Origin: Utricularia gibba
Lineage: Eukaryota > Plantae > Magnoliophyta
Length of the DNA: 41,173 nt
Assembly: GCA_002189035.1 (NCBI GenBank)
Contig: NEEC01000146.1
Coordinates: 1-41,173 of the forward strand
Reading direction: 5' to 3'
Positions 1 through 12,900 of the stretch are shown one piece after another. Positions within the stretch are counted from its first letter, which is position 1, and every line of letters begins with the position of its first letter. Made by a program: the position numbers and the translations under genes. The notes under the pieces are model-generated. The model worked only from the letters and a program-made list of their open reading frames with translations. It searched no databases and was not told the origin of the DNA.

Positions 1-1706
1 CATTGGGGCGGTCATGAGATCCTAACTTCAATAAAGGTATCACGATTTTCGTCGAATGGGACCTTATTGTGCTGTGAAGTCAGACCGAACCTTGGGTCCG
101 GACGAAGTTCCCAACAACAGCACCCGCCAAAAACGACAACTTTTCTTGAAAAAGCATGTAGGCAGCCGCCGAAAACCCAACGTTAATAAATGCATCACTT
201 TTTTGGCCGGGCTACAAATGACTATGGGCCAGAGCGCGACTCGACCATTTGCTCGATACTAGTGCCAGCGCACCTCGTCAAATATAAATCAGGTTGTTGA
301 GAAAACCATTTGGGGCGCTCATGACATCCTAACTTCATTAAATGCATCACGATTTTCATCGAGTAGGACCCGATTGGGCTCAGGAGCCAGACCAAACCTT
401 GGGCCCTTACAAAGCTGCCGACAGCACCCGCCTTAAAAACGGCAAGCTGTTGCTTGAAAAACCATGTGGGCAGCCGCCGACAACCCAACGTTAATAAATG
501 CATCACTTCTTTTGACGGGCTACAGCTGACTTTGAGCCCGACCCGAATTCCGGCCCGATCTCGGTGACCCACAAAAGCGCCTTCTCAAGTTTAAAGCATG
601 CTGTTGAAAAAAGCATTTGGGGTGGTCATGAGATCCTAACTTCAATAAAGGTATCACGATTTTCGTCGAATGGGACCTTATTGTGCTGTGAAGTCAGACC
701 GAACCTTGGGTCCGGACGAAGTTCCCAACAACAGCACCCGCCAAAAAACGACAACTTTTCCTTGAAAAAGCATGTAGGCAGCCGCCGAAAACCCAACGTT
801 AATAAATGCATCACTTTTTTGGCCGGGCTACAATGACTATGGGCCAGAGCGCGACTCGACCATTTGCTCGATACTAGAGCCAGCTTAAAGCACCTCGTCA
901 ATAAAAATCAGGTTGTTGAGAAAACCATTTGGGGCGCTCATGACATCCTAACTTCATTAAATGCATCACGATTTTCATCGAGTAGGACCCGATTGGGCTC
1001 AGGAGCCAGACCAACCTTGGGCCCTTACAAAGCTGCCAACGACAGCACCCGCCTTAAAACGGCAAGCTGTTGCTTGAAAAACCATGTGGGCAGCCGCCGA
1101 CAACCCAACGTTAATAAATGCATCACTTCTTTTGTCGGGCTACAGCTGACTTTGGGCCCGAGCTCGACCCGAATTCCGGCCGATCTCGGTGACCCACAAA
1201 AGCGCCTTCTCAAGTGTATAGCATGCTGTTGAAAAAAGCATTGGGGTTCATGAGATCCTAACTTCAATAAAGGTATCACGATTTTCGTCGAATGGGACCT
1301 TATTGTGCTGTGAAGTCAGACCGAACCTTGGGTCCGGACGAAGTTCCCAACAACAGCACCCGCCAAAAAACGACAACTTTTCCTTGAAAAAGCATGTAGG
1401 CAGCCGCCGAAAACCCAACGTTAATAAATGCATCACTTTTTTGGCCGGGCTACAATGACTATGGGCCAGAGCGCGACTCGACCATTTGCTCGATACTAGT
1501 GCCAGCTTAAAGCACCTCGTCGAATAAAAAATCAGGTTGTTGAGAAAACCATTTGGGGCGCTCATGACATCCTAACTTCATTAAATGCATCACGATTTTC
1601 ATCGAGTAGGACCCGATTGGGCTCAGGAGCCAGACCAAACCTTGGGCCTTACAAAGCTGCCAACGACAGCACCCGCCTTAAAACGGCAAGCTGTTGCTTG
1701 AAAAAC

Positions 1707-1965
1707 CATTGGGCAGCCGCCGAAACCCAACGTTAAATGCATCACTTCTTTTTCGGGCTACAACTGACTATGGGCGAGCCCGACCCGACAATCCTTCTCA
1801 AATATAAAGTAGAGTGTGGAGAAAACCATTGGGGTTCTCATGACATCCTAACGCAAATGCATCACGATTTTCATCGAGGACCCGATTCTCCAGACCGAAC
1901 CTGGGCCCTTACAAAGCTGCCAACGACAGCACCCGCCTTAAAACGGCAAGCTGTTGCTTGAAAAA
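1707..1965 (+). repeat. Extra dimer x+y, copy 1 (hexameric HOR variant)
   Basis: Lies between b1 and b2 and contains the diagnostic CAAATATAAAGTAGAGTGTGGAGAAAACCATTGGGGTTCTCATG; 259 bp, partly eroded. Confidence 0.85.
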
Positions 1966-3202
1966 CATGTGGGCAGCCGCCGAAACCCAACGTTAATAAA
2001 TGCATCACTTCTTTTGTCGGGCTACAGTTGACTTTGGGCCCTCGACCCGAATTCCGGCCCGATCTCGGTGACCCACAAAAGCGCCTTCTCAAGTGTAAGC
2101 ATGCTGTTGAAAAAAGCATTTGGGGCGGTCATGAGATCCTAACTTCAATAAAGGTATCACGATTTTCGTCGAATGGGACCTTATTGTGCTGTGAAGTCAG
2201 ACCGAACCTTGGGTCCGGACGAAGTTCCCAACACAGCACCCGCCAAAAAACGACAACTTTTCCTTGAAAAAGCATGTAGGCAGCCGCCGAAAACCCAACG
2301 TTAATAAATGCATCACTTTTTTCCGGGCTACAATGACTATGGGCCAGAGCGCGACTCGACCATTTGCTCGATACTAGAGCCAGCTTAAAGCACCTCGTCG
2401 AATAAAAATCAGGTTGTTGAGAAACCATTTGGGGCGCTCATGACATCCTAACTTCATTAAATGCATCACGATTTTCATCGAGTAGGACCCGATTGGGCTC
2501 AGGAGCCAGACCAACCTTGGGCCCTTACAAAGCTGCCAACGACAGCACCCGCCTTAAAACGGCAAGCTGTTGCTTGAAAAACCATGTGGGCAGCCGCCGA
2601 CAACCCAACGTTAATAAATGCATCACTTCTTTTGTCGGGCTACAGCTGACTTTGGGCCCGAGCTCGACCCGAATTCCGGCCGATCTCGGTGACCCACAAA
2701 AGCGCCTTCTCAAGTGTATAGCATGCTGTTGAAAAAAGCATTTGGGGTTCATGAGATCCTAACTTCAATAAAGGTATCACGATTTTCGTCGAATGGGACC
2801 TTATTGTGCTGTGAAGTCAGACCGAACCTTGGGTCCGGACGAAGTTCCCAACAACAGCACCCGCCAAAAAACGACAACTTTTCCTTGAAAAAGCATGTAG
2901 GCAGCCGCCGAAAACCCAACGTTAATAAATGCATCACTTTTTTGGCCGGGCTACAATGACTATGGGCCAGAGCGCGACTCGACCATTTGCTCGATACTAG
3001 TGCCAGCTAGAGCACCTCGTCAATAAAAATCAGGTTGTTGAGAAAACCATTTGGGGCGCTCATGACATCCTAACTTCATTAAATGCATCACGATTTTCAT
3101 CGAGTAGGACCGATTGGGCTCAGGAGCCAGACCAAACCTTGGGCCCTTACAAAGCTGCCAACGACAGCACCCCTTAAAACGGCAAGCTGTTGCTTGAAAA
3201 AC

Positions 3203-3490
3203 CATTGGGCAGCCGCCGAAACCCAACGTTAAAATGCATCACTTCTTTTCGGGCTACAACTGACTATGGGCTGAGCCCGACCCGACCTCTGCCCAATCCC
3301 AAAACCCCCCGAGAGCGCCTTCTCAAATATAAAGTAGAGTGTGGAGAAAACCCATTGGGGTTCTCATGACATCCTAACAAAAGCAAATGCATCACGATTT
3401 TCATCGACTAGGACCCGATTGGGCTCCAGACCTTACAAAGCTGCCAACGACAGCACCCGCCTTAAAACGGCAAGCTGTTGCTTGAAAAAC
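3203..3490 (+). repeat. Extra dimer x+y, copy 2
   Basis: Contains CCCAATCCCAAAACCCCCCGAGAGCGCCTTCTCAAATATAAAGTAGAGTGTGGAG and CTAACAAAAGCAAATGC; 288 bp. Confidence 0.9.
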
Positions 3491-4115
3491 CATGTGGGCA
3501 GCCGCCGACAACCCAACGTTAATAAATGCATCACTTCTTTTGTCGGGCTACAGCTGACTTTGGGCCCGAGCTCGACCCGAATTCCGGCCCGATCTCGGAC
3601 CCACAAAAGCGCCTTCTCAAGTGTATAGCATGCTGTTGAAAAAAGCATTTGGGGCGGTCATGAGATCCTAACTTCAATAAAGGTATCACGATTTTCGTCG
3701 AATGGGACCTTATTGTGCTGTGAAGTCAGACCGAACCTTGGGTCCGGACGAAGTTCCCAACAACAGCACCCGCCAAAAAACGACAACTTTTCCTTGAAAA
3801 AGCATGTAGGCAGCCGCCGAAAACCCAACGTTAATAAATGCATCACTTTTTTGGCCGGGCTACAATGACTATGGGCCAGAGCGCGACTCGACCATTTGCT
3901 CGATACTAGAGCCAGCTTAAAGCACCTCGTCAATAAAAATCAGGTTGTTGAGAAAACCATTTGGGGCGCTCATGACATCCTAACTTCATTAAATGCATCA
4001 CGATTTTCATCGAGTAGGACCCGATTGGGCTCAGGAGCCAGACCAAACCTTGGGCCCTTACAAAGCTGCCAACGACAGCACCCGCCTTAAAACGGCAAGC
4101 TGTTGCTTGAAAAAC

Positions 4116-4389
4116 CATGTGGGCAGCCGCCGACAACCCAACGTTAATAAATGCATCACTTCTTTTGTCGGGCTACAACTGACTATGGGCATGAGCCCGA
4201 CCCGAAGAGAGCGCCTTCTCAAATAAAAGTAGAGTGTGGAGAAAACCCATTGGGCTCATGACATCCTAACCAAATGCATCACGATTTTCATCGAGTAGGA
4301 CCCGATTGGGCTCCAGACCGAACCTGGGCCCTTACAAAGCTGCCAACGACAGCACCCGCCTTAAAACGGCAAGCTGTTGCTTGAAAAAC
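4116..4389 (+). repeat. Extra dimer x+y, copy 3
   Basis: Contains GACTATGGGCATGAGCCCG and AGTAGAGTGTGGAGAAAACCC; 274 bp. Confidence 0.85.
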
Positions 4390-6255
4390 CATGTGGGCAG
4401 CCGCCGACAACCCAACGTTAATAAATGCATCACTTCTTTTGTCGGGTACAGCTGACTTTGGGCCCGAGCTCGACCCGAATTCCGGCCCGATCTCGGTGAC
4501 CCACAAAAGCGCCTTCTCAAGTGTATAGCATGCTGTTGAAAAAGCATTTGGGGGTCATGAGATCCTAACTTCAATAAAGGTATCACGATTTTCGTCGAAT
4601 GGGACCTTATTGTGCTGTGAAGTCAGACCGAACCTTGGGTCCGGACGAAGTTCCCAACAACAGCACCCGCCAAAAAACGACAACTTTTCCTTGAAAAAGC
4701 ATGTAGGCAGCCGCCGAAAACCCAACGTTAATAAATGCATCACTTTTTTCCGGGCTACGAATGACTATGGGCCAGAGCGCGACTCGACCATTTGCTCGAT
4801 ACTAGAGCCAGCTTAAAGCACCTCGTCAATAAAAATCAGGTTGTTGAGAAAATTTGGGGCGCTCATGACATCCTAACTTCATTAAATGCATCACGATTTT
4901 CATCGAGTAGGACCCGATTGGGCTCAGGAGCCAGACCAAACCTTGGGCCCTTACAAAGCTGCCAACGACAGCACCCGCCTTAAAACGGCAAGCTGTTGCT
5001 TGAAAAACCATGTGGGCAGCCGCCGACAACCCAACGTTAATAAATGCATCACTTCTTTTGTCGGGCTACAGCTGACTTTGGGCCCGAGCTCGACCCGAAT
5101 TCCGGCCGATCTCGGTGACCCACAAAAGCGCCTTCTCAAGTGTATAGCATGCTGTTGAAAAAAGCATTTGGGGGGTCATGAGATCCTAACTTCAATAAAG
5201 GTATCACGATTTTCGTCGAATGGGACCTTATTGTGCTGTGAAGTCAGACCGAACCTTGGGTCCGGACGAAGTTCCCAACAGCACCCGCCAAAAAACGACA
5301 ACTTTTGCTTGAAAAAGCATGTAGGCAGCCGCCGAAAACCCAACGTTAATAAATGCATCACTTTTTTGGCCGGGCTACAATGACTATGGGCCAGAGCGCG
5401 ACTCGACCATTTGCTCGATACTAGAGCCAGCTTAAAGCACCTCGTCGAATAAAAATCAGGTTGTTGAGAAACCATTTGGGGCGCTCATGACATCCTAACT
5501 TCATTAAATGCATCACGATTTTCATCGAGTAGGACCCGATTGGCTCAGGAGCCAGACCAAACCTTGGGCCCTTACAAAGCTGCCAACGACAGCACCCGCC
5601 TTAAAACGGCAAGCTGTTGCTTGAAAAACCATGTGGGCAGCCGCCGACAACCCAACGTTAATAAATGCATCACTTCTTTTGTCGGGCTACAGCTGACTTT
5701 GGGCCCGAGCTCGACCCGAATTCCGGCCCGATCTCGGTGACCCACAAAAGCGCCTTCTCAAGTGTAAAGCATGCTGTTGAAAAAAGCATTTGGGGCGGTC
5801 ATGAGATCTAACTTCAATAAAGGTATCACGATTTTCGTCGAATGGGACCTTATTGTGCTGTGAAGTCAGACCGAACCTTGGGTCCGGACGAAGTTCCCAA
5901 CAACAGCACCCGCCAAAAAACGACAACTTTTCCTTGAAAAAGCATGTAGGCAGCCGCCGAAAACCCAACGTTAATAAATGCATCACTTTTTTGGCCGGGC
6001 TACAATGACTATGGGCCAGAGCGCGACTCGACCATTTGCTCGATACTAGAGCCAGCTAAAGCACCTCGTCGAATAAAAATCAGGTTGTTGAGAAAACCAT
6101 TTGGGGCGCTCATGACATCCTAACTTCATTAAATGCATCACGATTTTCATCGAGTAGGACCCGATTGGGCTCAGGAGCCAGACCAAACCTTGGGCCCTTA
6201 CAAAGCTGCCAACGACAGCACCCGCCTTAAAACGGCAAGCTGTTGCTTGAAAAAC

Positions 6256-6555
6256 CATTGGGCAGCCGCCGAAACCCAACGTTAATAAATGCATCACTTC
6301 CGGGCTACAACTGACTATGGGCATGAGCCCGACCCGACCTCTTGCCCAATCCCAAAACCCCCCGAGAGCGCCTTCTCAAATATAAAGTAGAGTGTGGAGA
6401 AAACCCATTGGGGTTCTCATGACATCCTAACAAAAGCAAATGCATCACGATTTTCATCGAGTAGGACCCGATTGGGCTCCAGACCGAACCTGGGCCCTTA
6501 CAAAGCTGCCAACGACAGCACCCGCCTTAAAACGGCAAGCTGTTGCTTGAAAAAC
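6256..6555 (+). repeat. Extra dimer x+y, copy 4
   Basis: Near-complete copy (300 bp) with all diagnostic motifs. Confidence 0.9.
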
Positions 6556-7181
6556 CATGTGGGCAGCCGCCGACAACCCAACGTTAATAAATGCATCACT
6601 TCTTTTGTCGGGCTACAGCTGACTTTGGGCCCGAGCTCGACCCGAATTCCGGCCCGATCTCGTGACCCACAAAAGCGCCTTCTCAAGTGTATAGCATGCT
6701 GTTGAAAAAAGCATTTGGGGCGGTCATGAGATCCTAACTTCAATAAAGGTATCACGATTTTCGTCGAATGGGACCTTATTGTGCTGTGAAGTCAGACCGA
6801 ACCTTGGGTCCGGACGAAGTTCCCAACAACAGCACCCGCCAAAAAACGACAACTTTTCCTTGAAAAAGCATGTAGGCAGCCGCCGAAAACCCAACGTTAA
6901 TAAATGCATCACTTTTTTGGCCGGGCTACAATGACTATGGGCCAGAGCGCGACTCGACCATTTGCTCGATACTAGAGCCAGCTTAAAGCACCTCGTCAAT
7001 AAAAAATCAGGTTGTTGAGAAAACCATTTGGGGCGCTCATGACATCCTAACTTCATTAAATGCATCACGATTTTCATCGAGTAGGACCCGATTGGCTCAG
7101 GAGCCAGACCAAACCTTGGGCCCTTACAAAGCTGCCAACGACAGCACCCGCCTTAAAACGGCAAGCTGTTGCTTGAAAAAC

Positions 7182-7464
7182 CATTGGGCAGCCGCCGAAC
7201 CCAACGTTAATAAATGCATCACTTCTTTTCGGGCTACAACTGACTATGGGAGCCCGACCCGACCTCCCCAATCGAGAGCGCCTTCTCAAATATAAAGTAG
7301 AGTGTGGAGAAAACCCATTGGGGTTCTCATGACATCCTAACAAAAGCAAATGCATCACGATTTTCATCGACTAGGACCCGATTGGGCCCAGACCGAACCT
7401 GGGCCCTTACAAAGCTGCCAACGACAGCACCCGCCTTAAAACGGCAAGCTGTTGCTTGAAAAAC
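7182..7464 (+). repeat. Extra dimer x+y, copy 5
   Basis: Contains AAATATAAAGTAGAGTGTGGAGAAAACCCATTGGGGTTCTC and CTAACAAAAGCAAATGC; 283 bp. Confidence 0.88.
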
Positions 7465-8087
7465 CATGTGGGCAGCCGCCGACAACCCAACGTTAATAAA
7501 TGCATCACTTCTTTTCGGGCTACAGCTGACTTTGGGCCCGAGCTCGACCCGAATTCCGGCCGATCTCGGTGACCCACAAAAGCGCCTTCTCAAGTGTATA
7601 GCATGCTGTTGAAAAAAGCATTTGGGGTTCATGAGATCCTAACTTCAATAAAGGTATCACGATTTTCGTCGAATGGGACCTTATTGTGCTGTGAAGTCAG
7701 ACCGAACCTTGGGTCCGGACGAAGTTCCCAACAACAGCACCCGCCAAAAAACGACAACTTTTCCTTGAAAAAGCATGTAGGCAGCCGCCGAAAACCCAAC
7801 GTTAATAAATGCATCACTTTTTTGGCCGGGCTACAAATGACTATGGGCCAGAGCGCGACTCGACCATTTGCTCGATACTAGTGCCAGCTTAAAGCACCTC
7901 GTCAATAAAAATCAGGTTGTTGAGAAAACCATTTGGGGCGCTCATGACATCCTAACTTCATTAAATGCATCACGATTTTCATCGAGTAGGACCCGATTGG
8001 GCTCAGGAGCCAGACCAAACCTTGGGCCCTTACAAAGCTGCCAACGACAGCACCCGCCTTAAAACGGCAAGCTGTTGCTTGAAAAAC

Positions 8088-8390
8088 CATGTGGGCAGCC
8101 GCCGAAACCCAACGTTAATAAATGCATCACTTCTTTTCGGGCTACAACTGACTGGGCATGAGCCCGACCCGACCTCTTGCCCAATCCCAAAACCCCCCGA
8201 GAGCGCCTTCTCAAATATAAAGTAGAGTGTGGAGAAAACCCATTGGGGTTCTCATGACATCCTAACAAAAGCAAATGCATCACGATTTTCATCGAGTAGG
8301 ACCCGATTGGGCTCCAGACCGAACCTGGGCCCTTACAAAGCTGCCAACGACAGCACCCGCCTTAAAACGGCAAGCTGTTGCTTGAAAAAC
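8088..8390 (+). repeat. Extra dimer x+y, copy 6 (most complete)
   Basis: 303 bp; x starts at 8088 and y at 8241; all diagnostic motifs are present. Confidence 0.9.
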
Positions 8391-9642
8391 CATGTGGGCA
8401 GCCGCCGACAACCCAACGTTAATAAATGCATCACTTCTTTTGTCGGGCTACAGTTGACTTTGGGCCCGAGCTCGACCCGAATTCCGGCCCGATCTCGGTG
8501 ACCCACAAAAGCGCCTTCTCAAGTGTATAGCATGCTGTTGAAAAAAGCATTTGGGGCGGTCATGAGATCCTAACTTCAATAAAGGTATCACGATTTTCGT
8601 CGAATGGGACCTTATTGTGCTGTGAAGTCAGACCGAACCTTGGGTCCGGACGAAGTTCCCAACAACAGCACCCGCCAAAAAACGACAACTTTTCCTTGAA
8701 AAAGCATGTAGGCAGCCGCCGAAAACCCAACGTTAATAAATGCATCACTTTTCCGGGCTACGAATGACTATGGGCCAGAGCGCGACTCGACCATTTGCTC
8801 GATACTAGAGCCAGCTTAAAGCACCTCGTCGAATAAAAAATCAGGTTGTTGAGAAAACCATTTGGGGCGCTCATGACATCCTAACTTCATTAAATGCATC
8901 ACGATTTTCATCGAGTAGGACCCGATTGGGCTCAGGAGCCAGACCAAACCTTGGGCCCTTACAAAGCTGCCAACGACAGCACCCGCCTTAAAACGGCAAG
9001 CTGTTGCTTGAAAAACCATGTGGGCAGCCGCCGACAACCCAACGTTAATAAATGCATCACTTCTTTTGTCGGGCTACAGCTGACTTTGGGCCCGAGCTCG
9101 ACCCGAATTCCGGCCGATCTCGGTGACCCACAAAAGCGCCTTCTCAAGTGTATAGCATGCTGTTGAAAAAAGCATTTGGGGTAATCATGAGATCCTAACT
9201 TCAATAAAGGTATCACGATTTCGTCGAATGGGACCTTATTGTGCTGTGAAGTCAGACCGAACCTTGGGTCCGGACGAAGTTCCCAACAACAGCACCCGCC
9301 AAAAAACGACAACTTTTCCTTGAAAAAGCATGTAGGCAGCCGCCGAAAACCCAACGTTAATAAATGCATCACTTTTTTGGCCGGGCTACAAATGACTATG
9401 GGCCAGAGCGCGACTCGACCATTTGCTCGATACTAGAGCCAGCTTAAAGCACCTCGTCAATAAAAATCAGGTTGTTGAGAAAACCATTTGGGGCGCTCAT
9501 GACATCCTAACTTCATTAAATGCATCACGATTTTCATCGAGTAGGACCCGATTGGGCTCAGGAGCCAGACCAAACCTTGGGCCCTTACAAAGCTGCCAAC
9601 GACAGCACCCGCCTTAAAACGGCAAGCTGTTGCTTGAAAAAC

Positions 9643-9925
9643 CATTGGGCAGCCGCCGACAACCCAACGTTAATAAATGCATCACTTCTTTTCGGGCTAC
9701 AACTGACTATGGGCATGAGCCCGACCCGACCTCTGCCCAATCGAAGCGCCTTCTCAAATATAAAGAGTGTGGAGAAAACCCATTGGGGTTCTCATGACAT
9801 CCTAACAAAGCAAATGCATCACGATTTTCATCGGACCCGATTGGGCTCCCAGACCGAACCTGGGCCCTTACAAAGCTGCCAACGACAGCACCCGCCTTAA
9901 AACGGCAAGCTGTTGCTTGAAAAAC
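9643..9925 (+). repeat. Extra dimer x+y, copy 7
   Basis: Contains GGCATGAGCCCGACCCGACCTCTGCCCAAT and GAGTGTGGAGAAAACCCATTGGGGTTCTC; 283 bp. Confidence 0.87.
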
Positions 9926-12900
9926 CATGTGGGCAGCCGCCGACAACCCAACGTTAATAAATGCATCACTTCTTTTGTCGGGCTACAGCTGACTTTGGGC
10001 CCGAGCTCGACCCGAATTCCGGCCCGATCTCGGTGACCCACAAAAGCGCCTTCTCAAGTGTATAGCATGCTGTTGAAAAAAGCATTTGGGGGTCATGAGA
10101 TCCTAACTTCAATAAAGGTATCACGATTTTCGTCGAATGGGACCTTATTGTGCTGTGAAGTCAGACCGAACCTTGGGTCCGGACGAAGTTCCCAACAACA
10201 GCACCCGCCAAAAAACGACAACTTTTCCTTGAAAAAGCATGTAGGCAGCCGCCGAAAACCCAACGTTAATAAATGCATCACTTTTCCGGGCTACAATGAC
10301 TATGGGCCAGAGCGCGACTCGACCATTTGCTCGATACTAGAGCCAGCTTAAAGCACCTCGTCGAATAAAATCAGGTTGTTGAGAAAACCATTTGGGGCGC
10401 TCATGACATCCTAACTTCATTAAATGCATCACGATTTTCATCGAGTAGGACCCGATTGGGCTCAGGAGCCAGACCAAACCTTGGGCCCTTACAAAGCTGC
10501 CAACGACAGCACCCGCCTTAAAACGGCAAGCTGTTGCTTGAAAAACCATGTGGGCAGCCGCCGACAACCCAACGTTAATAAATGCATCACTTCTTTTGTC
10601 GGGCTACAGCTGACTTTGGGCCCGAGCTCGACCCGAATTCCGGCCCGATCTCGGTGACCCACAAAAGCGCCTTCTCAAGTGTATAGCATGCTGTTGAAAA
10701 AAGCATTTGGGGTTCATGAGATCCTAACTTCAATAAAGGTATCACGATTTTCGTCGAATGGGACCTTATTGTGCTGTGAAGTCAGACCGAACCTTGGGTC
10801 CGGACGAAGTTCCCAACAACAGCACCCGCCAAAAAACGACAACTTTTCCTTGAAAAAGCATGTAGGCAGCCCGAAAACCCAACGTTAATAAATGCATCAC
10901 TTTTTTGCCGGGCTACAAATGACTATGGGCCAGAGCGCGACTCGACCATTTGCTCGATACTAGAGCCAGCTTAAAGCACCTCGTCGAATAAAAATCAGGT
11001 TGTTGAGAAAACCATTTGGGGCGCTCATGACATCCTAACTTCATTAAATGCATCACGATTTTCATCGAGTAGGACCCGATTGGGCTCAGGAGCCAGACCA
11101 AACCTTGGGCCCTTACAAAGCTGCCAACGACAGCACCCGCCTTAAAACGGCAAGCTGTTGCTTGAAAAACCATGTGGGCAGCCGCCGACAACCCAACGTT
11201 AATAAATGCATCACTTCTTTTGTCGGGCTACAGCTGACTTTGGGCCCGAGCTCGACCCGAATTCCGGCCGATCTCGGTGACCCACAAAAGCGCCTTCTCA
11301 AGTGTATAGCATGCTGTTGAAAAAAGCATTTGGGGTCATGAGATCCTAACTTCAATAAAGGTATCACGATTTTCGTCGAATGGGACCTTATTGTGCTGTG
11401 AAGTCAGACCGAACCTTGGGTCCGGACGAAGTTCCCAACAACAGCACCCGCCAAAAAACGACAACTTTTCCTTGAAAAAGCATGTAGGCAGCCGCCGAAA
11501 ACCCAACGTTAATAAATGCATCACTTTTTTGGCCGGGCTACAAATGACTATGGGCCAGAGCGCGACTCGACCATTTGCTCGATACTAGTGCCAGCCTAGA
11601 GCACCTCGTCAAATATAAATCAGGTTGTTGAGAAAACCATTTGGGGCGCTCATGACATCCTAACTTCATTAAATGCATCACGATTTTCATCGAGTAGGAC
11701 CCGATTGGGCTCAGGAGCCAGACCAAACCTTGGGCCCTTACAAAGCTGCCAACGACAGCACCCGCCTTAAAACGGCAAGCTGTTGCTTGAAAAACCATGT
11801 GGGCAGCCGCCGACAACCCAACGTTAATAAATGCATCACTTCTTTTGTCGGGCTACAGCTGACTTTGGGCCCGAGCTCGACCCGAATTCCGGCCCGATCT
11901 CGGTGACCCACAAAAGCGCCTTCTCAAGTGTATAGCATGCTGTTGAAAAAAGCATTTGGGGTTCATGAGATCCTAACTTCAATAAAGGTATCACGATTTT
12001 CGTCGAATGGGACCTTATTGTGCTGTGAAGTCAGACCGAACCTTGGGTCCGGACGAAGTTCCCAACAACAGCACCAAAAAACGACAACTTTTCCTTGAAA
12101 AAGCATGTAGGCAGCCGCCGAAAACCCAACGTTAATAAATGCATCACTTTTTTGCCGGGCTACAATGACTATGGCCAGAGCGCGACTCGACCATTTGCTC
12201 GATACTAGTGCCAGCTAAGCACCTCGTCAAATAAAATCAGGTTGTTGAGAAAACCATTTGGGGCGCTCATGACATCCTAACTTCATTAAATGCATCACGA
12301 TTTTCATCGAGTAGGACCCGATTGGGCTCAGGAGCCAGACCAACCTTGGGCCCTTACAAAGCTGCCAACGACAGCACCCGCCTTAAAACGGCAAGCTGTT
12401 GCTTGAAAAACCATGTGGGCAGCCGCCGACAACCCAACGTTAATAAATGCATCACTTCTTTTGTCGGGCTACAGCTGACTTTGGGCCCGAGCTCGACCCG
12501 AATTCCGGCCGATCTCGGTGACCCACAAAAGCGCCTTCTCAAGTGTATAGCATGCTGTTGAAAAAAGCATTTGGGGTTCATGAGATCCTAACTTCAATAA
12601 AGGTATCACGATTTTCGTCGAATGGGACCTATTGTGCTGTGAAGTCAGACCGAACCTTGGGTCCGGACGAAGTTCCCAACAACAGCACCCGCCAAAAAAC
12701 GACAACTTTTCCTTGAAAAAGCATGTAGGCAGCCGCCGAAAACCCAACGTTAATAAATGCATCACTTTTTTGGCCGGGCTACAAATGACTATGGGCCAGA
12801 GCGCGACTCGACCATTTGCTCGATACTAGAGCCAGCTAAAGCACCTCGTCAAATAAAATCAGGTTGTTGAGAAAACCATTTGGGGCGCTCATGACATCCT

